Shown here: piece by piece, positions 32,111 to 42,728 of the stretch
Layout: each line of letters opens with the position of its first letter
How positions within the stretch are numbered: the stretch's first letter is position 1
Assembly (NCBI GenBank): GCA_000004985.1
Contig: GG738854.1
Source of the DNA: Naegleria gruberi
Lineage: Eukaryota
Length of the DNA stretch: 64,000 nucleotides
Strand: one strand, 5' to 3'
Translations under genes and position numbers: made by a program
The notes under the pieces: model-generated
Database searches by the model: none
What the model was told of the DNA's origin: nothing
The model's input: the letters and a program-made list of their open reading frames with translations, nothing else

Positions 32111-33405
32111 AAAGTACATAGCCAAACTTCTTGAAACATTAATAAACTGTTATTAGTATTATTGTAGATGTACCATATCAAATATTTCGTTTTATTTCGA
32201 TGAGATCATAAAGATCTTAAATTTCTCTCTAAACATGCAAGTTCTCAGCCTAACCAGATGTTCACCATGTCAAAACATCAAAATAATAAATTTCATTGTA
32301 CTTTTGTATCACACATTAATTTATTGTGTTAAATTCATTGAATTGGAGATTTTAAATTTTTAAAAACTAATCTGTGATTATTTACCAATTAAATATACTT
32401 CTTTAATACTTGATAATTCATAAAATCCTAGTAGATATTGAATAGGTTCATAAAACAAGATATTACACATAATGGCTCTAAATTCATGCTAATAGAGCTT
32501 GTTTAATGAGACTTATCATATTAATGATATGTTGTCTAATTGGATTCTATTTGTGCAAGGCCTAATTCCATCCCTAATATAGCAGACTTTTAGGGATGGA
32601 TAATTTTAATGGAATCTATCCTAGAAGTATTTTTCGCCTGGAAGGTTCATACCAACGAATTTAACTGCCTGGGTCTTCATGCGAGTTTTTATCGCCTATA
32701 ACACATCTTCATGGTGATTATGAAGGGTCATGTTTTCTAATTCGGTTGTTGTGGTTTTGTCAATACTGAGATAGTCGGGTTGGACCTTAATTGGAAAATT
32801 TGTAAATGCGGAAGAACCTGATTTACAATTGGAAGGATGAGCAAGCGTACTTTGTGGGTTCATACCAGTAATGAAATTGGAGTGGGCATTTGGTGAATCT
32901 GTAACTGTAACTTGGGAATAGGGGCTGACCGGATGAGTTGAGAAGGTTGAATGGAGTTGGGAGGAGTTGGAACGGGGAAGGGAGACGAAATTGTCTATTG
33001 GATTGAGTATTGACACATGTTCTATTTGTCTCAATTGAAGAAGCTATTAAATCGTGATGGAATTGATTTGTGAACATTAAGGAAGGTGAAAGACAGATTA
33101 TCGTTTTTGAGGGTTTGACTATGGCGTTTTGGAGTTGTATTACAACAACTATAATCAACATTTCATTCCTTTGAAAACATGTGTAGAGGAGAGGGAGGAT
33201 ACATGTGTAGAGGCAGTTCGATGGGAGTTTAGGAAAATGTTGGATGTGGAAAGGAGAATGGTTGAAAATTTAGGAAAATTGTGAATTGTGATTGGAAATG
33301 TTGTTGATTGTAATGTGACAGGTGTCATTTCGGATGCTTTCCTTACATTCATAATTGGCAAGGTATTGAATTGATTCACCTACTAGAAAAATCAACACGA
33401 AAAAA

Positions 33406-35390
33406 ATGTTTCGAAACAGCCATCAAGAGACGTCAAATTTTGCATCAGACGAAAGTGAAGAGAAAGTTGAAGATACAAACGATGAATCATTAGTGAAAAG
33501 ATATGAAAATGAATTGGTACATATAACAGGAACAGAAAATGTTTACGGGTTTAGTTCTTCAACAAGTGCAGAAAGAGTTTCGAATAGTGAATTGATGGTT
33601 TTAGGAAAGGCTGTCACCGAAGGCATTCAACGTTTGAATATTCAAGAAGAAACAGAAGATGGTCCTTCTTCCGTCATTAGTGACAATCGAATAGTTTCAG
33701 AGCCATCATTATCACTCGAAACATTAGTCGAAACTATGCAACAACTCGAAGATTCTCAGAGAACAAACTCGCAACCAAATCAAACTCAACCTCTCACTTC
33801 AAAATTCATTCCCAAAGTAGATCACATACCACATAATGATCCTCAAGATTTGAATTTACTTTCGGATGCTTTCGGATACAGCAGTGCTTATTATTGTTTC
33901 GGTTCTAATGAAGAGAATTTCCTTTCACTGGACTATTCTGCACTTGCTACAAGTGGAGATTCGTATAATGGTGAAGTGATTTCAAAAGTTATGAGAAAAT
34001 CCTTTACAAATCAATCAGTTGTTTTAAACGAAAGTCAACAAGCAAGGAGTGGCTTGGGATTGGTAGATACTAATCAAAATGTTGACACTTCTCCATTCAA
34101 GGTTAGATGTTTGGGTGGAAATGAAGTAGTGGAACATATTAGAATTGGTGCCTACAACTTGGGAGTTATTACACGAAACCTTTCTAATAACTTTTCTAAT
34201 GGAAACTCTAAAACTAACTGCTATATTTCTGGATCTAACGAAAGAGGTCAATTCGGCAGACCAAAATCATTTAAGGGATCGAATGGTCTCATTAAAATTG
34301 ACCATTTCGACAAGAATAATCTAACTTTGAAAGATATTGCCTTTGGCTCTTATTTCACCTTATTTCTAACTGAATGTGGAAAGGTTTTCTCCTGTGGAGA
34401 GAATGAAAATGGTCAACTGGGAACCAATTCTATTTCCAACCAATACGAAATCAAACAAATGCGTGTCATTCATCCAGAAACTAAACTAGAAGAATTTGTT
34501 ACTGACATTGAAACTGGCGCCTTTCACACACTTGCCAAAACTTTGAGTGGAAACATTTATTCATGTGGATATAACTGTTGGGGGCAGTGTGCCATCTCTG
34601 AAATTGATGGAGATGTCATGGTTCCAACACTAATTGATAAATTTGGAAAGGACAAGATTGAGATTGAAAGAGTTATTTGTATTGAACATAATACTTTCTT
34701 TATTACAAAAGCAAATCCATATTCTGAAATTTATGGTAAGTTTTTGTTGTGTTATCAAATAATTATTAAAAGATTTGTTGGAAATTAGGTTGTGGATTCT
34801 CAAAGAAAGGTCAATTGGGAAAGGATTTTGGAGAGGCAGTTAGAAATCCAGTGAAACTGGATTTTTTCACAGGGAAGGATTTGAGTGTTAAGAGTGTGAA
34901 TGGTGGTTGGGGTCATGTCTGTATTGTAACTAATGGAGGTCAAGTATTCTCACAAGGATTGAATGATTATGGTCAATTGGGATTGGGTGATTTAGAATCA
35001 AGAAAATCGCCAACTTTGGTTCCATTCTTTGATCATCTTTACAAAAATTGTAAACTTGATAAGATAGAACAAGTCAGATGTGGAAGTTATCATTCTCTAT
35101 TCCTCACTCGTTCAGGAAAACTCTTTGGATGTGGATACAATGAGATGGGATCCATTGCCTTAGGAAATGAACATTCATGGATTTCCACACCAACCCTAAT
35201 TGTCCAATTCCCAAATTGCCTAATTGGAGAACCATTCTATGAATTGGAGGTTAAAACGTGGTGCTACACAACTTGCATTCTTGTAAAGAAGAGATTTAAG
35301 AGAATTGAGAATATGTTTGGCAGGTTGAGGAATTTATTGGCAAATGAAGAATTTAATTTTGGAGATGTTAAGATTATTTCATTGAATTAG
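33406..35390 (+). CDS. RCC1-repeat (regulator of chromosome condensation-like) protein
   Basis: Exon 1 is 33406..34735. A 53-nt GTAAGT..ATTAG intron spans 34736..34788. Exon 2 is 34789..35390. The N-terminus (about 270 aa) is acidic and Ser-rich. It is followed by at least six RCC1 blades with the GxNxxGQLG motif: GSNERGQFGRP, GENENGQLGTNS, CGYNCWGQCA, GCGFSKKGQLGKD, GLNDYGQLGLGD, GCGYNEMGSIALGN. The start is cgaaaaaaATG. Confidence 0.65.
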
Positions 35391-35507
35391 GAATAAAAGA
35401 TACTTAATCTTAGAATCAGACTTGGAGATTTAACTTTTCACATACTCCATATTTTTGTAATGTTAATTATTTTACCAAAATGGACATGTGTGTCGATTTT
35501 AATATGA

Positions 35508-37033
35508 ATGATTAACATGTCAATGAAATCAATTTCACGTGAAATTAAAAAAATGTCTCATTGGTTTAAAAACAATAATGTAGAGAGTGAAGATGATTCA
35601 GAGGAGGAAGCAGATGGAGAATATGTCGATGAAGAGAATGATGTTGCTGTTCAGGCACAAGCTTCCAATTCTGAACAGCTCTTGGTCAGCGTTTTGAGAT
35701 ACCTAGGAATAGATGATGAGACACTGAACAAGTTAGCTGATGAAAACTACATTTCTTCATTACAAAGCAACTTGATTGACATTCCTTCGTATTTACAAAC
35801 CAAGTTGGACAGCATTTTCTCAACATCTTTGAATAATTTTGAGTATGACAGCTGTCTTGGTGGAGGTGGTTGTGGAGTTGTGTTGAAATGTAGACACAAA
35901 ATGGATGGTAAAATGTACGCTCTAAAGTTTATTCCCTTTGCTGATGAAGACGATGATTCGAATGGTCAAATATCCATCAATGAAGCATTGAAAGAAGTCA
36001 AAATTTTGTCTTCACTGCATCACGAGCATACAGTACGATATTACAATAGCTTTATTGAAAAGGAAATTCCAGAATCATTTAAAAAAGACATTATCCATGT
36101 TTGTAAAGAAAATGCAATAGAGATTTCTGATAAGTTTCTCGTCATTCAGATGGAATGTTGCTTCACTAACTTGGGTTCATTCCTCGACAAATATAAAATT
36201 GGAAAAGGAGAAAGAAACCAACTCAGATCTTTTCTTAGACAAACACTTACTGGACTCTCCTATCTCCATAGAGAGGGAATTGTGCACTACGATATCAAAC
36301 CTCATAACATTCTAATCAGTGAAGAAAACAAAATCAAGATTACTGATTTTGGATTGAGTGCTACAGCAGGAAGATCCTCTGTTGGAGAGTGTGCTGATGA
36401 TTGTGGAACATCTCTTTATTTTACTGACAAATTTCAAAAAGAAGAAAGGGATTTGTTTGCTTTGGGAATTACTTATTTCCTAATGTAAGTAAGGGTACTT
36501 AGTTGAATAGTAATTCAATATAAATAATCGATAGGATTAACAATGATAATCGTGAGGCCAGTAAATTGAAACAAGACCCAAATAATTATGAATTCTCAAT
36601 TGATTTTACAGATATGGACAAGATGTTGATTAAGAAAATGCTTACTAATCCAACTAGTGCAGATGAGTTGATTAAAATAATTGACAAGAGCAAATATTTT
36701 TGCTGCAATTGCAATTTAGAACGTATTGGAATGGTACAGTTCATTGAGCATGAGAAATCTGAAGCGCATGTCAAAAAAATTGACCTCAACAAACAGCTTT
36801 CCAATATTACCGACGCAACCAATGCTCTAATTCGTATTTCTCAATCATGCAACATTCCTGAACCAATCTATAGCCATCCTTTAAATACAAGTTTCACTTG
36901 TAAGATAGATTTCAAAGCTAAAAGTCTGACTTCAAATGTTCATTCTACGAAAAAAGCTGCCAAAAACGAAGCTTCTCAATTAATGTTGGATCTTATTAAG
37001 GGAGAATGTTGTCAATTATTGAAAGACTCATAA
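35508..37033 (+). CDS. Protein kinase with C-terminal U1/JAZ-type C2H2 zinc finger and dsRNA-binding motif
   Basis: Exon 1 is 35508..36484. A second ATG at 35552 follows an A-run. A 50-nt GTAAGT..GATAG intron spans 36485..36534. Exon 2 is 36535..37033. The kinase domain has LGGGGCGVVLKCRH, YALKFI, HYDIKPHNILI (a non-RD kinase), ITDFGLS and DLFALGITYFLM. The next element is YFCCNCNLERIGMVQFIEHEKSEAHVKK (C-x2-C-x12-H-x5-H, a U1/matrin/JAZ-like finger). The last is a dsRBM-like segment, NALIRISQSCNIPEPIY...FTCKIDF...STKKAAKNEASQLMLDLI. Confidence 0.6.
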
Positions 37034-37352
37034 GAATATACAATTACTCCACCGTACGATTAGAAATAACAGAATGAGATTTATTAGAAACAAGGATGTG
37101 AAGATTTCTTAATTCTAGAACGAATAAAAGTAATTAACATATTCAATGAATTCTGTAGATGTGTGAAATTGTTGCAAATTGTTTCAAAATTTGTTGGAAC
37201 CTTGTGTATCATGCACCAATTTAGTAGTTGACCATCATTCCAACTCTTAAATCATCATTTTAAAATAACCAATAAGGAAAGTAGCAAGATAATCGAAAGA
37301 TTCTCCACACCTTCATCATTTTAAACACAATTCAAAAAAACAAGTCAACCAA

Positions 37353-38046
37353 ATGTCAAGCAATTACCAAACAGAAATTGTTGAAAAGTGGAACCAAGCT
37401 TTGACTCTTGCTCAATCCTACGAAAATGCCCCAGAAAAGTTTACTTCACACAGCAAGGGAGAAGTGACCATTACTGCATGTCAACATTCGGATGGGACTG
37501 TCATCAAGGGAGAGGTAAGTAAATTGGTTGGCCTTTTTATGTGAAAATTATATTCGAAAGTGCATTATTTCTAATTGTAAAGCTGCAGAATTAGTTAATA
37601 TTCTGGAAGTGACAGACGTCCAAACTAGACAAAAATTCGATAACAAGACCAAAACCCTTAAAGTTCTCGAAGATTTCACTCATCAAAATGAAAAATTCAG
37701 TGTCAGACATTATGTCACCTTGTCGCCAACTGTCATTATTTCAGAACGCGATTTTCTCTATGTAGAACATTGCCAAGTTTCTGAAAATTCCACAATTTAT
37801 CTTACAACATCTGTAGATGGAATCTTCCCTTCTGACAAATGTATAGCTGTCGGTGTCAGAGCAACGAACGTTTTTAATTATTTGAAAATGATTCAAGAAG
37901 GTGATGATTTGAGAGTTGTATTCATTGGACAATATTTACCAGGTGGATGGATTCCAACAGCAGTTGCTAATCAGGCTGTGTACGAAAGACCTTTGGGTGT
38001 TGTCAATGCTGCAAAATGCATTGGAAAATCAACTAGAGGGGTTTAA
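37353..38046 (+). CDS. START / Bet v1-like (SRPBCC) lipid-binding domain protein
   Basis: Exon 1 is 37353..37514. A 46-nt GTAAGT..GAAAG intron spans 37515..37560. Exon 2 is 37561..38046. The C-terminal ...QYLPGGWIPTAVANQAVYERPLGVVNAAKCI resembles the START-domain C-terminal helix region. The length is about 215 aa. Confidence 0.55.
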
Positions 38047-38825
38047 TTAGTTCAATAATAAAATAGACGAAAGTTTTTTGTTCGAAAGATTTTAACTTCA
38101 CCACCACTGAAGATTTCTTACTCATTTACATATCAGAAGATACCAACACTCAGTTTTCGATATTTTACAAGAGGAACTTTCATAGTTTTGATAACTGAAG
38201 CAATTGTGAATACCACCAATATTAGACAAGAACCCAGAAGAACACCACTAACATCTTCTACAAACAACCACAAATTCCATGCCAATTTCTGTTCGGCCGA
38301 ATCGTCTAGATTTGTACAGATGATAACAGAATGAAATAGAACTTACAGTATCATGACTTTCAGCGTAGTCCATTCTTAAATTTTCCTATTGCCATAATAA
38401 TCCAATGATATTGGAAGGTAAGGATCACTTGGAATCAATAAGGATCTTGTTCTCAGTGCCATACTACTCAATTATTAAGAGTTCATTGTGAATTGGAAGC
38501 GCAATATTATCACACACAAGATTATGTCGGACATTTAAGGTATTATACTCTGTGTGAGAGGGAGAAATATTAAGCCACTGTACAGATCGGTCACCTACCC
38601 AACCACTATCAAACTCCACTTAATCAATGTCCAACGAATGGAGAATTAGTTTTGTGTGTGGTCATGAGAAGAGACATCAGTTTTAATGGAGGAAATGTTT
38701 GGCGGGAATGTTGTGGACTTGTTAATTTGTGCTTGCGAGATGATTCAACACCAATCGATTTAAAGATGTGTGTTGAATTGTTTGTGGAATCATCAAAAAA
38801 AAACAAGCTTAACACACAACTCAAT

Positions 38826-40226
38826 ATGACTGAGGAGAATATCAAGAAATTCTCTTGGGAAGAAATTGAGAAACACAACCATGAGGAAAGTGCTTGGTTG
38901 GTTATTGATGGAAAGGTTTATGATGTAACCAAGTTTATTCCTCATCATCCTGGTGGTGATTACTTGTTATTGGGAGCTGGCAGACATTCGACTGAATTGT
39001 TTCTCAGTAATCATCCAGCCAAAATCCTAAACAATTCGAAAGCTCTATTAGAAAAGTATTACATTGGAGAGGTTGAACAAGAAACAATCGTCACTAAAGA
39101 AATGGTTCAAAAGCAACATGTCAAGTATTCTTACAATCCACCAGATCAAACCAATTTCTATCTTGAATGTAGAGCTCAAGTTGACCAATATTTGAAAGAC
39201 AACAATCTCACTGCTAGAGATGTTCCTCAAATGTATCTCAAGATGATTCTTTCCCTGTGTATTTGGTTTATTCTATACTTGGGAACTTTCTATTATTTCG
39301 AATCAAAATTGCTCAGTTTCGTCGTTGCCATTGTTTGGGGTTGGTCCAATGCAAATATTGGTGTTAACATGATGCATGATGCTAATCATAGCTCCTTTTC
39401 CAATCATCCAACTATCAACAGAGTTGTGGCAGTTGTTTGTTTTGACATTTTAGGTGGTTCTTCCTATGTTTGGAAAATGATTCACTCAGTTGGCCATCAC
39501 GTAAACACAAATATTGAAGAACGTGATCCTGACATTCACACAGGAGAACCTCACTTTAGAAAAATCAAATCAGCTCAGAAACATCATTGGTGGTATGCCT
39601 ATCAACATTATTACTTGCCAGTTCTATATTGTTCCTTATTATTTGAGTTGGCATTTCGTGATTTCTTTGCCATGATGATTGGATCATGGGGAGGTGTCAA
39701 ATTTCAACCACCTCCAAAAGGAGAATATTTGCTCTTCTTTTCTACAAAGATTTGGTGGTTGACCTATTCATTGGCTTTCCCAATTTGGTTTTCTAATCAT
39801 TCAGTTGGAACTATTTTCATGTTGTGGTGTACTGCTTATATGGTTGCTTCATTCTTGTTGGTTTTAATTTTCCAAGTCAACCATGTCACAAATATTGCTG
39901 ATTCTTTCCATGTCAATCAACAAGATGGAATGGTTCATGCTGATTGGGCAGCAACTCAAGTAAGTGGATCGAGTAACTTTGCCTGTGGATCATGGTTATG
40001 GAATCACTTGTCAGGTGGCTTGTGTCATCAAGTAGAACATCATCTTTTCCCATCCATTAGTCATATCCATTATCCAAAGATTCAACCCATTGTTGAGAAG
40101 TGTGCTAAAAAGTATGGAATCAAGTATAATAGTTATGGAACTTTTTGGGAGGCCATTATTGGTCATTTCACATTATTAAGGGATATGGGTCAGAAGGGAA
40201 TTCAATCAAATTGGAAATCCATGTAA
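38826..40226 (+). CDS. Cytochrome b5-fused front-end fatty acid desaturase
   Basis: An N-terminal cytochrome b5 domain contains the HPGG heme-binding motif (VYDVTKFIPHHPGGDYLL). Three histidine boxes are present, HDANH, HSVGHH and QVEHH; the Gln in box 3 is typical of front-end (delta-4/5/6/8) desaturases. Four transmembrane segments are present. An alternative upstream ATG exists at 38664. Stop is TAA. Confidence 0.8.
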   Translation: MTEENIKKFSWEEIEKHNHEESAWLVIDGKVYDVTKFIPHHPGGDYLLLGAGRHSTELFLSNHPAKILNNSKALLEKYYIGEVEQETIVTKEMVQKQHVKYSYNPPDQTNFYLECRAQVDQYLKDNNLTARDVPQMYLKMILSLCIWFILYLGTFYYFESKLLSFVVAIVWGWSNANIGVNMMHDANHSSFSNHPTINRVVAVVCFDILGGSSYVWKMIHSVGHHVNTNIEERDPDIHTGEPHFRKIKSAQKHHWWYAYQHYYLPVLYCSLLFELAFRDFFAMMIGSWGGVKFQPPPKGEYLLFFSTKIWWLTYSLAFPIWFSNHSVGTIFMLWCTAYMVASFLLVLIFQVNHVTNIADSFHVNQQDGMVHADWAATQVSGSSNFACGSWLWNHLSGGLCHQVEHHLFPSISHIHYPKIQPIVEKCAKKYGIKYNSYGTFWEAIIGHFTLLRDMGQKGIQSNWKSM

Positions 40227-40321
40227 ATAATAAATTGTTAACAACAAAAGAAATGAATTGTTTGGATTTATGAGTTTCTAATTGTTTCTAATTTTAATTC
40301 CATTCAAAAAAAGTTGAGGAT

Positions 40322-40975
40322 TTAATATTCAATTTCTTCAAAATCAATTTCATCCTCTTGAACACATGCGCCCATTACAACCATAGGTGGTACCAAGATT
40401 GAGTATTGGGTTGTGAATGCAACACAATTTCCTTTTTGTGTATTCGAAAGGAAAGATTCCATCGAATCAACTTTGTAAACATTCTTATTGCAAACATTAC
40501 AATATCTAATTGATGAGCTTTCAGGAGTACAAGTTAATTGATCATAATTGAGTGGACATTTGTAAATCCATTCACAATTTTCAATCATTTTTTCATCATT
40601 TCCTGATGTTACAAAATTAGGAATGTCCAATTTAAACAAATCAGAGTTGACTGAATTGTTATTGCCATGTAACTTGACATGTTGTAATCTTCTTCTCAAG
40701 AGATGCATCCAATTCTTAATATTCAACTGCTTTTCAAATTTTGGATAATAAGCAAAAACGAGCGGTTTCCAAATCAATTGCTGAACTCGTTCAAAATCCA
40801 AGGTTTCATCTTCACTTTCCTTTTTCTTCTCACCAATTTTCTCCCTTTTCACATTAAAAAACAACATTAATAATCGACTATTACACAACGACAAACCATT
40901 CAATTGTCTCACATCCATAAATTGTGCAATATTGATCATCAATTCCATCGGCAAATCAACCTTCATCTTTTCCAT
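40322..40975 (-). CDS. Hypothetical F-box-like protein
   Basis: 217-aa ORF from ATG at 40975 to TAA. The N-terminal LPMELMINIAQFMDVRQLNGLSLCNSRL is F-box-like. A short upstream ORF (41132..40963, MPLFRNFFKQ...) overlaps in another frame and may be a uORF or a missed exon. Confidence 0.4.
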   Translation of the reverse strand: MEKMKVDLPMELMINIAQFMDVRQLNGLSLCNSRLLMLFFNVKREKIGEKKKESEDETLDFERVQQLIWKPLVFAYYPKFEKQLNIKNWMHLLRRRLQHVKLHGNNNSVNSDLFKLDIPNFVTSGNDEKMIENCEWIYKCPLNYDQLTCTPESSSIRYCNVCNKNVYKVDSMESFLSNTQKGNCVAFTTQYSILVPPMVVMGACVQEDEIDFEEIEY

Positions 40976-41264
40976 ATAAATTCCGACATGATTTTTGCAG
41001 AATTTTGTTCAACAATTCGTTGATCATTCTTGGCAAGTGGTGCTTGTGTACGAATCTCCACTTGTGAAATATCATCACTCGCATCAGCAATGTTACTTTT
41101 TGATGGCTGCTTGAAGAAATTTCTGAATAACGGCATTTTTTTGTGTGTGAAATTCAAGTTGTGAGTTCATGGAAGTTCAGCTGACTAGTAAGTACGCGAT
41201 GGGATGAATAAGAAGGAATAGGCATTGTAAAAGGAGTAAATTTAGTTTGTATAGGTGTGGATTT

Positions 41265-42587
41265 TTAGTTTTGATAAGGTTTCATTTCATAATCGGTGAA
41301 AGAAGGATACATGGATGATGATGGAGTGGAAATATTTTGAGAACTTTCCTGATAGTTGAATGTTGGATTGATTTGATTTTCAATTATTGGAGGAAGAGTA
41401 TATTTGTTGATTGCTTCAATGTACACTTGTGGATTGTTGGTTTTTTCGAGTAGAACTAATGTTGAGGGAGGATTAGTTTCATGTTTCAATTCAATGCATA
41501 ATTTAGAATGGGATGCTGTTAGGAAATGACTTTCGTTGTGATGTTCATCCTCAAAATCATTCCAAGCTCTGGAAATTGACGAGAGTTCAATTGAGATTAA
41601 TTCAACTTTCCAACCATTTGCCTTCATAATCATAATTTTCATATTTGTTAACAATACATTAACACTAAATTTGTTAAAAGTATGTTTGTAAAATGCAATG
41701 AATATAACTAAACAGAGCCAAGCAGCACCAACGCTCAAAATGGAAGCAATTGTTAAAAAGGAAATTACTGTAAATAATATAAGTGGAATAATTGCAATGA
41801 GAATGTAAAATATTTTCATACGCCAAGAAATTCCACCCTCTTGATAAAATTCATGATATTGCAATTCCTCATCTGAAATTAATTGGGATGCTGCAATATT
41901 TCTTTGATTAACATTACCAAATATGGATTTGGCATCTTTCAGTCCATTCCATTTTGAAAAAACTGATTCTCCTTGGACACTCTTCTCAAAATGTCCACAA
42001 AATAGAAAAACATCCTTTTCCCTTCCCTTATAACTCTTGAACATTACAATAAATATGGTCACACACTTGGCCACAGCAAGAGTCGCACCAATTGTAATAC
42101 AGAAATAGATTAGCAAATTTCGTCCCCCAAAACTCTCAAATTCTGGATTGCTCATGAGTGAAATATCTTGATTTTTAACTTTTTCATGATTTCTCATCAT
42201 TTGAAAAACATTTCCACGACAAGGAAACTGACCACCATAATATTTCTTACAAGTTTCTGCCTTGTTGGCCGAATCTGATCGACAAAATTCATTCCATTCC
42301 ACTTGAGTTGGATAGCCCATCATGGAAACATTGGCATTATAAAAGTACACCAAGCCATCAGAGCTCGTTTTCATATTGGACAAGCTCTCCACTTGACATG
42401 TAAAACCTCTATAGTGCAACAATTGTGTCATGTCCAGAAATATACAGGACATGAAAAGAAACACTGCAGACACTAGCGGAATCACGAGTCTCGCAGCAAT
42501 ATTTCCACAATTGATATAGACCAGCTTTTTTGTGTGGTTAGATTCGGAAAGTGATGAAAAATTGGTGTGCTGCCGATTTATAGACAT
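41265..42587 (-). CDS. Hypothetical multi-pass membrane protein with Cys-rich luminal region
   Basis: 440-aa ORF from ATG to TAA with four hydrophobic segments (for example IPLVSAVFLFMSCIFL, LLIYFCITIGATLAVAKCVTIFIVMF, IFYILIAIIPLILFTVISFLTIASILSVGAAWLCLVIFIAF). A Cys-containing loop lies between TM1 and TM2. Confidence 0.45.
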   Translation of the reverse strand: MSINRQHTNFSSLSESNHTKKLVYINCGNIAARLVIPLVSAVFLFMSCIFLDMTQLLHYRGFTCQVESLSNMKTSSDGLVYFYNANVSMMGYPTQVEWNEFCRSDSANKAETCKKYYGGQFPCRGNVFQMMRNHEKVKNQDISLMSNPEFESFGGRNLLIYFCITIGATLAVAKCVTIFIVMFKSYKGREKDVFLFCGHFEKSVQGESVFSKWNGLKDAKSIFGNVNQRNIAASQLISDEELQYHEFYQEGGISWRMKIFYILIAIIPLILFTVISFLTIASILSVGAAWLCLVIFIAFYKHTFNKFSVNVLLTNMKIMIMKANGWKVELISIELSSISRAWNDFEDEHHNESHFLTASHSKLCIELKHETNPPSTLVLLEKTNNPQVYIEAINKYTLPPIIENQINPTFNYQESSQNISTPSSSMYPSFTDYEMKPYQN

Positions 42588-42728
42588 TTTTTTTGAAGTT
42601 TAATTTTATTGATGAGTTGGAATCAGGTTAGAATCGTAGAAGAAGAACTCTTAATCCATTACGGAGTTTGGTTATTAATCAAAATTGTTTTTTATGTTTT
42701 TTCTCAGGAATGCAAATTGTTGGCATAA

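Noticed and set aside
31313-32644. Direct repeat tttttcgcctg(a/g)a at 31313 and 32629 as possible target-site duplication of a 1.3-kb element
   Set aside because: Hundreds of chance 11-mer coincidences are expected among all position pairs in 64 kb of AT-rich DNA. No terminal inverted repeats or coding capacity lie between them.
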